From the IMG/VR virus record IMGVR_UViG_3300045988_149624: a stretch of DNA of 64,000 nucleotides; one strand, given 5' to 3'. The notes beneath the pieces are model-generated. The model searched no databases, was not told the DNA's origin, and saw only the letters and a program-made list of their open reading frames with translations. A program made the translations under genes and the position numbers. The stretch comes from a virus. This document shows, in pieces, positions 10,501-18,365 of this stretch (positions within the stretch are counted from its first letter, which is position 1; the number at the start of each line of letters is the position of its first letter).

Positions 10501-11445
10501 TCTATGACCACAATGGATGGGAACACAGAAAGTGGTAGAAGACTACAGGTAGAATTCGGTTGTCATGAACTTAGAGATAGAGCTAGAAATTATTATTGGA
10601 ATATTATACACTCTTTAGTCGCTTATAATATGGGAGCAGGAGCATTTAATCTTATATGTAGTAAATATATCTGTGAAAAATATGGATACAAATTAGTTCG
10701 TAGTGGTTCTTTATCTAAACAAAGTTCTCAGGTTCAAAAGAAAGTTAAAGAAATGCTTAAACAAGGAGACTTGGGATATTTAAAATATAGAAAATGGTAT
10801 ACAACAACAGGACATAATTATCTTAATGCTGGTCCGGGAACTGCTAATAATATAGAACTTTATTTGCAATATTATAAATCAGTTAATGGGCAATTACCAT
10901 ATTTCTATGACGATGATAATAAAAAATTAAATTTTGAAGATGTAATATCTGTAACTACAAGTTCAACAACTTCTTCAACTACTACTTTAACCGATGCTAT
11001 GGGAAATACTTGTATAGGATATCCTACTGAATTAATTTGTTCTGCTCCTGAAAGTATTCCTTTGGGTAGCAAAGTATTTGTGCAAGGAACAGGGTCAGAT
11101 TTAGATGGCAAAATGTTTACTGTAGTAGACAGATGTGACGAATTAAATGATTCGTTAAATATAAAATTATGTATGGAAAACAAAACTATTGCAGACACCT
11201 ATGATGAAATGACAGGAAATGTTCTAGTTGGAGATATTGTAAATGATGGAAAGATAGTAGTTACAACAGCAGGAGTTAATATAAGAACTGGCACAAGTAG
11301 TTCTTATCAAAAAGTTGGTCATGCAATAAAAGATTGCCACTTTACATGGTTGAAAACATTTAAAAATGGGTGGCATAAAATAGATTTTAAAGGAAAAGAA
11401 TGTTATATGTCAGGAATGTATTCAGAAGTTAAGGATGTGAGCTAA
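7570..11445 (+). CDS. virion-associated multidomain peptidoglycan hydrolase (2x NlpC/P60-like, lytic transglycosylase, 3D-like, SH3b-like)
   Basis: NlpC/P60-type Cys...His pairs occur twice: YIDCSTLTSLAYRG...AGHVALVSG (about nt 8580-8900) and GFDCVNVIKSVLWG...NGHIGVYVG (about nt 9665-9910). The SLT signature AAESGGDPN...GGYGLMQ lies at about nt 10320-10390. A 3D/RlpA-like segment PLGSKVFVQGTGSDLDGKMFTVVDRC lies at about nt 11050-11140. The C-terminus is SH3-like (VNIRTGTSSSYQKVGH...WHKIDFKGKECYM). The N-terminal linker is poly-Gly/Ser. Confidence 0.8.
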   Translation: MAFIEDLTEKSIPSDSDYLIVEDSESTKKIQFRNLAKKTPIDIKVNGNNKIYLISSDGTQIGDGAVLSISDEKAKQIEMVFDGVWVKWRYQGDTSWKNLFSVAEIGGSGGGSGGSSGSGGGNTDVNFTIGTVTTLPTGSDATAVIEEPTDNNFILSLGLPRGEAVTVDGEGVDITNQIKTNTDKTSSKVSVIVRTNNRYVYGTLNSLTLLTNTAEASLPNYNVTVSFRTQDNTPIKFSQSNNLYMVGDDCLFGALIPRVSTDYRIEITYGGTRLLGKVYGANYGYVANLSNFSGGANISAVAKTYFDASSDFCYGSTTILSGNATSKSSVTDSSGKYYIDCSTLTSLAYRGITYSDSKYSDWSKTNSARTSKYSYAIELPRTSAEQARYCIEKGWILPKEYWGENFSNLQAGDLIFYSERPVSKASTWGTRFMRAGHVALVSGVEGGTVYVYESTSSSSVDGLRKINILDNTPEKISIIARPQLTVGSSGGQDGWDIEDDPSENMLENGGISTSTGNNIASSIYVRNRGYINLGNVKGVKLSVSNKNMVIANVYYYNSNNSLVSYQNVGDTSYNGTVPSGATKIRFTFRKTDNSTINYYEVDYDITYTMNENVDVKPTPSIMGFRDFPRVTGKITNQYELVAKLNELIEDYNTMYVYGAIGQHLTASLISDRAKAYPNFYTSSRLRVYEKAISSGKYIWGFDCVNVIKSVLWGWNGDKSKSYGGAVYGSNGVSDVSADGCIKICKNVKSYYGSNDNVDPWDDIQIGEAVWTNGHIGVYVGEGLAIECTPKWDNKLQITGIGNKPFNKAYDGKKRTWKKHGKLPWITYLDKCPWGETSGDNQVSEFKSKTYNASISTYYPTATSTDTTSKSGAKKILTDLNMGKGLTYSNYKNAIKWQSLVDEIAPKFGVDPAVAIMIIAAESGGDPNQKTGSNGGYGLMQCERSVYIKGFKNPNTGKTNSGVHTIKYLDGTTKRVTLSMTTMDGNTESGRRLQVEFGCHELRDRARNYYWNIIHSLVAYNMGAGAFNLICSKYICEKYGYKLVRSGSLSKQSSQVQKKVKEMLKQGDLGYLKYRKWYTTTGHNYLNAGPGTANNIELYLQYYKSVNGQLPYFYDDDNKKLNFEDVISVTTSSTTSSTTTLTDAMGNTCIGYPTELICSAPESIPLGSKVFVQGTGSDLDGKMFTVVDRCDELNDSLNIKLCMENKTIADTYDEMTGNVLVGDIVNDGKIVVTTAGVNIRTGTSSSYQKVGHAIKDCHFTWLKTFKNGWHKIDFKGKECYMSGMYSEVKDVS

Positions 11446-11829
11446 ATGAAAAAATGGCTTAAAAAAGAATTTTTTATTTTTATAATATTTGGTATATCTT
11501 ATTTTACATTAGAAATTCTTTATAGAGGATATTCGCATTGGACTATGATATTTTTAGGTGGAATAGTAAGCGTTCTTATAGGATTAATTAATGAAATAAC
11601 TCCAAATATGAGAATGTGGAAACAAATGCTTTTAGGAACAATACTTATTACTGTTTTTGAATTTATACTTGGATATATTCTGAATATAAAATTAGGATTA
11701 GGGATATGGGATTATTCTAATATCCCTTTTAACATTATGGGACAAATATGTTTGCCGTTTTCTTTTTTATGGTTTGTATTATCTTATTTTATAATTATGT
11801 TAGATGATATATTAAAGGAAACATTTTAA
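11446..11829 (+). CDS. small polytopic membrane protein (about 4 TM)
   Basis: The ATG directly follows the previous stop, with RBS AAGGATGTGAG. There are four hydrophobic segments. The FTLEILYRGYSHW region loosely resembles the small CmpB-type (PF06541) membrane family; this comes from memory and is unverified. Confidence 0.55.
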   Translation: MKKWLKKEFFIFIIFGISYFTLEILYRGYSHWTMIFLGGIVSVLIGLINEITPNMRMWKQMLLGTILITVFEFILGYILNIKLGLGIWDYSNIPFNIMGQICLPFSFLWFVLSYFIIMLDDILKETF

Positions 11830-11886
11830 ACATATCAAATATAATATAAATTAACAAGGTATTTTAAGAAAAAGGAGATGGTCAAG

Positions 11887-12378
11887 ATGGCAATATTTGT
11901 AGGCGTTGGAAGAACAGATGAGTGTTCTAACAGTAAAAAAGAAGAAAAAGAAAAAAAATGGAAACTTTTATCGGAAATTAAATTAACAGCGAATAATCCA
12001 AAAATACTTATAAAACAAGATGCAGAAGGAAATGGATTTAGCTGTGAAAGAATAATAATTATTGGTAAAATTGTTTCTAACACAACAAGTAAACCTATGT
12101 GTAAAATAAATAATACTATGGAATTTTCAGGAGTAAATTCGACTTATGTGAATGGGACTAGATATATTTATGAGACATATGAAGACAAAGGTTTTTTTAT
12201 AGAAAGAGACACCAAATATCTTACTCAAGACATACTTGAAAGTTCAGTCTTATTTGATAATGGATTCTTTAGGGTAGTTAAAGGTCAAGCTAATGGTATA
12301 AAATCTATTGAATTATATGGAGATTCACCTTCTTTTGTATTTAAAGCAGGAACAGAGTTGGAAATTTATGGATTCTAA
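11887..12378 (+). CDS. hypothetical structural-module protein
   Basis: ORF in the late gene array. ATG 11887 is preferred over 11878 because AAGGAG then lies 9 nt upstream, whereas 11878 gives 0 nt spacing. Confidence 0.5.
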   Translation: MAIFVGVGRTDECSNSKKEEKEKKWKLLSEIKLTANNPKILIKQDAEGNGFSCERIIIIGKIVSNTTSKPMCKINNTMEFSGVNSTYVNGTRYIYETYEDKGFFIERDTKYLTQDILESSVLFDNGFFRVVKGQANGIKSIELYGDSPSFVFKAGTELEIYGF

Positions 12379-12694
12379 TACATATACAATATCTTTGGAA
12401 TTAGTATTTTCATGTATAGCCATGATAATAGGAGTTGGGTCATTTTTAGCTTCTAGAAGTAAAGAAAGTGACAAAATTGGAAGAGAACGAGCGACTGTTG
12501 AAGTTAAATTAGATTATATAGCCCAATCATTAGATGATTTAAAAGCTCAAATAAATGAATCAAGAGAAGAAGATGAAAGAAATAAAAACAAAATATCCGA
12601 AATGGAAAAGATAATGCTTAAACATTCAATGAGATTAAATACAATAGAAAATGAATTAAATATTGACTATAAAGAATTTAAAGAAGATGAATAA
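12368..12694 (+). CDS. 108-aa single-pass membrane / coiled-coil protein
   Basis: Internal ATG 12368 (MDSNTYTISLELVFSCIAMIIGVGSFLAS...) overlaps the previous gene by 11 nt. It has one TM segment followed by a charged heptad region, and a strong terminator follows it. Confidence 0.5.
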   Translation: MDSNTYTISLELVFSCIAMIIGVGSFLASRSKESDKIGRERATVEVKLDYIAQSLDDLKAQINESREEDERNKNKISEMEKIMLKHSMRLNTIENELNIDYKEFKEDE

Positions 12695-12698
12695 TATG

Positions 12699-12728
12699 AC
12701 GAGGGGTTTCCCCTCGTTATTTTTTTTA
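12699..12728 (+). terminator. rho-independent terminator
   Basis: ACGAGGGG-TTT-CCCCTCGT is a perfect 8-bp GC-rich stem (12699-12717), followed by a T-run. Confidence 0.8.
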
Positions 12729-12745
12729 TAAGGAGGTGATTTCGT

Positions 12746-13168
12746 ATGGCAATATTTTATGACTATACGATAACCGTAGATGGAGATAAAGCTAAATTAG
12801 ATAAAAATATATATTTATACAAAAATAATAAAAATATAACTTATTATTTTAAGATACAAAATGCTCCCTTTAAATTTATTAATGCAGTAGATATGGTAGA
12901 AAGCTTAAATGCTTCTACGGCAGATATAAAAATATTAAAGCCTAACGGAGTAAAGAAAAGAATAAAAAATATTCCTATTGAAAATGGGAAAGTAAAATTA
13001 GAAATAGATGATAGTTTTATGGATGAGATATCTGAAATAGGCAAATATACTTTTCAAATAGATTTATATGATAACGCTACAAATAAAGGTAGGGTAACAA
13101 TACCTCCTGTTATAGAACAATTTTGTGTACTTGCACCTATCTTTGAAGATAATGAAGCGACAGAATAG
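12746..13168 (+). CDS. 140-aa structural protein, paralogue of the N-terminus of the next gene
   Basis: RBS TAAGGAGGTGA is present. MAIFYDYTITVDGDKAKLDKNIYLYKNNKNITYYFKIQNAPFKF aligns with MAIFYNYTITVNGNKASMDKNIYLYRKNKNVDYYFEIKNACFKF of ORF 13179. Both also share FQIDLYD...ITIPP...F-VL-P-F-ED. Confidence 0.65.
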   Translation: MAIFYDYTITVDGDKAKLDKNIYLYKNNKNITYYFKIQNAPFKFINAVDMVESLNASTADIKILKPNGVKKRIKNIPIENGKVKLEIDDSFMDEISEIGKYTFQIDLYDNATNKGRVTIPPVIEQFCVLAPIFEDNEATE

Positions 13169-13178
13169 GTGATATTGT

Positions 13179-14345
13179 ATGGCTATTTTTTATAATTATA
13201 CAATAACAGTTAATGGTAATAAAGCTAGTATGGATAAAAACATTTATTTATACAGAAAAAATAAAAATGTAGATTATTATTTTGAAATTAAAAATGCTTG
13301 TTTTAAATTTGAAGATGAAATCAATTATATAATTAGTTATAACGCTAAATATGCTAGATTCAGAGTTATAAAACCCGATGGAACAAAATTTTTTACAGAA
13401 AAAAGAGAAGTAGAAAACGGATATGCAAAATTTTCTGTCACAGAAGACTTAATAGATGAAAGAGCAGAGGTTGGTACATACGTTTTTCAAATAGACTTAT
13501 ATGACGGAAGCAATGGATTTATTACTATACCTCCTATCTATAATCAATTTCATGTTTTAGAACCATTATTTGACGAAGACGAATCAGGAGCAGGACAAGT
13601 AGACATATCTAGCGTAGATGTAGCGTACATAGGAGATACACTAGAGAAGGTTACAATTTTTGATGAAAACGGTGTATATGTTAAAACGTTTTGGAAACCA
13701 AAAGAGATAATTTCGTCTGTAAGAATGAATAAAATAGAAGAAGGAATATATTCTTTAAGTCAAAAAGTCGCAGATTTAACATTCAAACCGATATCTATTA
13801 CTTCCTTTAAGAGTAATTTATCTAAAACAGTATATGAAAAAAATATAGAAACTATAAATAGTTGCAAGTTTACATGGAGTACAAGTATGATTCCAAAATC
13901 AATTAGTCTAACCGATTGTACTGTTGAGACTAGCGATACAAGTTATACATACAATAAGACAATTTCAGACACAAAGACCTTTACACTATCGGTGACTGAT
14001 AGTAAAAATAATGTAAGAAGTTCTAGTATTACTTTTACATTTGTTTATCCTTTTTATTATGGAACATTTACCAACTCACTAACAGAAGCAGATATAAAAA
14101 ATGAAGTTAAATTAGTTGAATTAAAAAACAACAAAACATTAACTTTAACATATAATGACATGAAAGTTTTTTATGCTTATCCCAAGGCTTATGGAGAATT
14201 AAAAAGTATAAAAGATGGAAATGGGTTTGAATATTTAAACGACTTTAATAAAGAAGAGATGAATATTAATAGTATTCCTTATTATGTTTATAAAATAAAA
14301 AATAAAGCAAGTGTATCTCAAATAAAATATACATTTAGCTTTTAG
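13179..14345 (+). CDS. 388-aa baseplate/receptor-binding-type protein (N-terminal domain paralogous to ORF 12746)
   Basis: Carries the shared ~140-aa N-domain (see ORF 12746) plus a unique ~250-aa C-terminal extension. A BppU-like role is inferred only from position and architecture. Confidence 0.6.
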   Translation: MAIFYNYTITVNGNKASMDKNIYLYRKNKNVDYYFEIKNACFKFEDEINYIISYNAKYARFRVIKPDGTKFFTEKREVENGYAKFSVTEDLIDERAEVGTYVFQIDLYDGSNGFITIPPIYNQFHVLEPLFDEDESGAGQVDISSVDVAYIGDTLEKVTIFDENGVYVKTFWKPKEIISSVRMNKIEEGIYSLSQKVADLTFKPISITSFKSNLSKTVYEKNIETINSCKFTWSTSMIPKSISLTDCTVETSDTSYTYNKTISDTKTFTLSVTDSKNNVRSSSITFTFVYPFYYGTFTNSLTEADIKNEVKLVELKNNKTLTLTYNDMKVFYAYPKAYGELKSIKDGNGFEYLNDFNKEEMNINSIPYYVYKIKNKASVSQIKYTFSF

Positions 14346-14360
14346 AAAGGAGAGATATAA

Positions 14361-14936
14361 ATGATTATTGGTAGCAATTTTGATTTGTCTTCAAGGTTAT
14401 ATTTAGACTCGAGACAGTTATGTGATAGTTATGCAGACCTTATAGAGAACAAAAATAATATCTTATATCCTCCCGGATTTGAAGTTTATTGTTTTAAGGA
14501 AAAAACAAAGTATTATAATGCTTGTGAAAATATAGAAGATAAACCAGTATGGAAAGAAGCAGCACGAGGTAGTATTGCAGAAGTTTTTATAGAAAGTGAT
14601 ACTATTCCGGAGAATAAAGACCTTTATTGGATTGATACAGGAACAGTAGATACTTTAGGGAATCAATCTGCTCACGAAGGAATAATTAAAGAGCTTTTAG
14701 AAACAGTTAGAAATCTTCAAAAAAGAATATTAGTTTTAGAAGAGAAAGTTGGCTCAGGAATAATTTCTCCAACAACAGGAGACTATTTACAATTAGCAGA
14801 TGGAACAAATTTACAATTAGCAGACGGAACATTTTTAGAACTATCTTCAGGAGATTCTTCGAGTAAAAAATATTTACAATTAGCAGATGGAACATTCTTA
14901 GAATTAGCAAATAATACTTTCTTAGAAATAAATTAG
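14361..14936 (+). CDS. 191-aa protein with C-terminal LQLADGT-F/N-LEL repeats
   Basis: RBS AAAGGAGAG is present. The C-terminus reads YLQLADGTNLQLADGTFLELSSGDSSSKKYLQLADGTFLELANNTFLEIN, encoded by near-identical 24-nt units at about 14784, 14809 and 14871. Confidence 0.65.
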   Translation: MIIGSNFDLSSRLYLDSRQLCDSYADLIENKNNILYPPGFEVYCFKEKTKYYNACENIEDKPVWKEAARGSIAEVFIESDTIPENKDLYWIDTGTVDTLGNQSAHEGIIKELLETVRNLQKRILVLEEKVGSGIISPTTGDYLQLADGTNLQLADGTFLELSSGDSSSKKYLQLADGTFLELANNTFLEIN

Positions 14937-14946
14937 AGGTGATAAG

Positions 14947-16860
14947 ATGACTAAATTTAATGAACTTAATAAAACTATTGTCATTAATGACACAGACTAT
15001 TTATTGTTGGGAACAAATTTAGATAGTGGATTTGAAAATAAAATAGCTAGTATAGAAACTTTAAAAAAAGCATTATTAGGAGATACTTCTAATCAATATT
15101 TAAACTTATTATCTTCTGACGGGAAGAAAGAATTTAGATTAACATTAGATGGAAATGGTAAAATGCATATTTTTCCTATAGAAGCTTATACTAGCACTCC
15201 TTATACAGAAGGACAGAATTTAGAATCCCCTTTAAAAATAGTTCCAAGTAATAAAATAGATTCGGAAAACAATAGTGGCTTAGTTATTCAACAAATATAC
15301 GGCGGTGGTTCATTAACCACAAAAGAAACAGCAGTAAGTCATAATTTTGTTGAGTTATATAATTGTAATACCGTTGATATAAATTTAAATGGTTTATATC
15401 TTTGGTATAAACCTAATGGTGGAAGTTGGAGTTCTTTAGCTTTAAGAGGAATAGTCCCTGCCGGACATTCTTTTTTAATTAGGGGTAATGCACTTTATAA
15501 TATAAATAGTGATATAGTTAGATGTAAAATAACAGAGTATGACCAAGAATGGAATATATCTTTTTCGGAAAATGGATTCACAATATATTTATGTGTAGGA
15601 GAAAAAGAACCCGAGGCAACGCCAGTTAAATATATAAAAAATGAATTAGGAGCAATAACATCTACTGACCAAAGATGGGTTGATATGCTTGGTGGTGGCG
15701 GAGCAGAAGATTCTCACACTATCGCAGTATATGAAGGCGGATATTATAATATGGGAATGAGTAGATATTGTTCTTTAAGAAGAATGAATTTTAATAATGG
15801 TAAAAATAATAGAGACGATGCAAGTATTATAGATTATCAAACTTGTGAAGTTGAAAAATTTAGACCAAGAAGTTTAGCAGACGGATATTGGAACTCAAGT
15901 GCAGAAACAATACAATTTAATAAATATAGTCCTTCAATGGTTAATATGTGTTATGGGGAAAATGGTGATACTTCAAGAACTTTTACTTTTGAAACTCCAG
16001 TAACAGATTATGATGGAATTATTAAATACAGAAAACAAGGAGAAACAAAGTGGATAAAGAAAAAAACAACTAAAGATATTGTAAATCTTTATGACCAAGT
16101 AGTTAATATTCATAGAGTAATTATACATGATTTAACTTATGGAACTTACGAATATCAACTAGGCGTAGAAGGTATGCTTACAGATATAGAAACATTTGAA
16201 ATAAAACAATATAACCAATCTAATAGCTTAAAGATGCTATGGACTACTGATGAACAGGGATTTACAGAATATGAATACAATGCAGTAAGAACAGCCCGTG
16301 ATGCTATTGAGCATTATGAATATTCAAATAGCACTCCTAATTTTGATTGTCATTTAAACACAGGCGATATTTCACAAAATGCAAACAGACCACAGGAATG
16401 GCGATACTATTATAAATATCATGAAAATAATCTTAAAACTATGCCACATATACTTAATTGCGGAAATAACGATTTAATAGATAAAAAATTTGGTACAGCT
16501 TTTGAATATTACGGCACTTTTGAAAATCAACCATTACTAAATACCTATGAACCTCATACAGAAGGAGAAAGAGCAGTTCCAATGGTTTCTAGTTATAGCT
16601 TTGATGTTGGTTTTGTACATTTTGTAGTGATTAATTCTAATACAGAATATATGTACCCAGAAGTAAATACAGATGAATTTTTAAGAAAACAAATAGAATT
16701 CTTAGATGATGATTTAACTAAGGTTGAAGCAAGAGCGACTAAACCTAGATGGGTAGTTGTTACTTGTCATTTAAGTCCTTTTACAATAGTTAGAACTAAG
16801 AGATTACAACAATGGATTCCTTATATAGAAAAACATAAAGTGGATTTTGTATTATGCGGG
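14947..16860 (+). CDS. exon 1 of a tail-module protein with lamin-tail-domain-like and metallophosphoesterase-like domains
   Basis: RBS AGAGGTGA is present. The LTD-like segment is VIQQIYGGGS...VSHNFVELYNCNTVDINLNGLYLWY...IVPAGHSFLIRG (about nt 15260-15520). MPE-like motifs are TGDISQN, CGNND and VTCHLSP. The ORF stops at TAA 16861 right after ...KVDFVLCG, in the middle of the GHxH motif. Confidence 0.75.
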
Positions 16861-18365
16861 TAATGTTGCCCTAGTTATCGAGTAATCGGTTTCAAAAAAT
16901 TACAAATTTAATTGCAGGTAATTCCTAAAGCCTTACACCACAATAACCCTGAAAAGAGGTTATGAAGGTACGAAAGTAGAAAAAACGTAAGGATAAGTAT
17001 ATGGTTAAACCCTAAGTACTTGGATATAATGATAATAAGTAAGTTATATCAAAATGGATGTTCATGCAGGTAAGATTCTAAATTTATTTATTTAAGCTCG
17101 AATAATTTTACGAGGTGAGTAAAATAGGAAAAAAATTAAATTATAATAACGTAAAAGAATATATAAATTCTCATGGTTATATATTATTAGATAATGAATA
17201 TATCAATATACATAAAAAAATGAAAATCAAATGCCCAGAAGGACATATTTTTGAAATGTCTTTTAATAATTTTAAGAAAGGACAAAGATGTTCGATTTGT
17301 TCCTTAAATAAACAATATAAATATACATATTCTCAAATTAAAAATATTTGTAAAAATAACAACTTGATACTTTTAAATGAAAAGAAAAATTTAAATATGC
17401 GAGATATAATTAAATTTAAAAACGAAAAAGGAAATATCGAACAAGTAACACTATACACTTTTGAAAGAAGATACATCAATACAAATAAATCAGCATCAAA
17501 ATCAAAATATTCTAATAAAAAACATTCTCAAGAATATATACAATCTTTGGTAAAAAAAAGAGGGTATAAGTTGTTAGAGCCATATAAAAATAAAAAAACT
17601 AAATTAAAATTGCAATGCCCTAATGGTCACTATCACGAGATTCGTTTAGATAGTTTTATAAAAGGGAGTGGATGCAAACAATGTATGATTGAGAATATGA
17701 CTAACGATGTAAAAGATGTGATTACAAATCTTCAAAAAAAAGGATTTCATTTATTATCTAAATATAAAAATAATCAAGAAAAAATTGTTTTACAATGTGA
17801 AAAAGGACATATATTTAACGCCACCTACGATAATGTAGTTAATAACAATAGTGGATGCCCTGTTTGTAATGAAAGCAAAGGAGAAAAGAATATAAGAAAA
17901 ATATTAAAAAAATATAATATTAAATATATTCCTCAATATAAATTTGATAATTGTAAATTCTATAAATGTTTGCCTTTTGATTTTTATTTGCCTGATTATA
18001 ATTGTTGTATTGAATATGACGGAATACAACATTATAAAATAATAAAGCATTTTGGAGGCTATGAAACATTTATAGATAGAAAAATAAGAGACACAGTTAA
18101 AACCAAATTCTGTGTAGACAACAATATTAAAATAATAAGAATTTCTTATTTGGAATTTAATGATATTGAAAAAATATTAAAAAATGAGCTTAAAATAAAA
18201 GAATAAGAATAAACTTCAAAGACTATCTCGCAAGAGAGTACGACAAAGTATGTCGGATAAGGTTTGCCCCTATATAGGGTGAAGAAATAGTCTAATATCC
18301 TAATGAAAGTTAGGGCGAGAGAAATTCTCGATTTATGAAGTAACGTTCATAAAAACAATATAATG
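16861..18365 (+). mobile_element. group I intron (IA-like) carrying an endonuclease ORF; boundaries +/- a few nt
   Basis: Structured non-coding arms of 254 nt and 159 nt flank an internal ORF. Hairpins with GNRA loops include ATCGA-GTAA-TCGGT, TAC-GAAA-GTA and TCTC-GCAA-GAGA. AGACTAT (18220-18226) pairs with ATAGTCT (18287-18293), resembling the P7 of the Tetrahymena intron. P7.1/P7.2-like hairpins are TCTCGCAAGAGA and CGACAAAGTATGTCG. P9-type hairpins are CCTAATGAAAGTTAGG, CGAGAGAAATTCTCG and TATGAAGTAACGTTCATA. The element ends in G at 18365, and removing it fuses ...VLCG to HNHTYSRS. Confidence 0.75.
17115..18206 (+). CDS. intron-encoded putative homing endonuclease: three zinc-ribbon repeats + PD-(D/E)XK (Vsr/DUF559-like) nuclease domain
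   Basis: Starts at GTG; this is the only start upstream of repeat 1, as the frame opens at 17106. The three repeats are GY-LL-x9-12-K-(I/L)-(K/Q)-CP-x-GH-x-(F/H)-x9-12-C-x2-C. The C-terminus is LPFDFYLPDYNCCIEYDGIQH...DRKIRDTVKTKF, typical of PD-(D/E)XK Vsr-like endonucleases. Confidence 0.7.
   Translation: MSKIGKKLNYNNVKEYINSHGYILLDNEYINIHKKMKIKCPEGHIFEMSFNNFKKGQRCSICSLNKQYKYTYSQIKNICKNNNLILLNEKKNLNMRDIIKFKNEKGNIEQVTLYTFERRYINTNKSASKSKYSNKKHSQEYIQSLVKKRGYKLLEPYKNKKTKLKLQCPNGHYHEIRLDSFIKGSGCKQCMIENMTNDVKDVITNLQKKGFHLLSKYKNNQEKIVLQCEKGHIFNATYDNVVNNNSGCPVCNESKGEKNIRKILKKYNIKYIPQYKFDNCKFYKCLPFDFYLPDYNCCIEYDGIQHYKIIKHFGGYETFIDRKIRDTVKTKFCVDNNIKIIRISYLEFNDIEKILKNELKIKE

Noticed and set aside
12308-12367. 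Upstream starts proposed by the ORF track: 228, 11878, 12308, 25105, 37229, 38548, 39143, 42725, 43734, 44264, 45555, 46672, 47754, 51070 and 52271.
   Set aside because: These codons fall inside or directly on the SD sequence, or lie inside the preceding gene. A downstream ATG or TTG with 5-10 nt SD spacing gives the conserved N-terminus, for example the P-loop or the FNWVGNKY motif.
16913-17075. The duplicated TGCAGGTAA motif (16913-16921 and 17066-17074) within the 5' arm of the intron, considered as a possible repeat element.
   Set aside because: The motif is short and occurs within a region that folds into nested helices (CCTTAC...GTAAGG, ATAACC...GGTTAT). It is most simply part of the intron secondary structure rather than an independent repeat.
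18345-18346. An alternative 3' splice site at G18345|T18346, paired with the canonical 5' site after T16861.
   Set aside because: It keeps the frame but inserts FHKNNIM between G and HNH of the metal-binding GHxH motif. It also places the splice site in the loop of a P9-type hairpin. It is kept only as an alternative in the findings.
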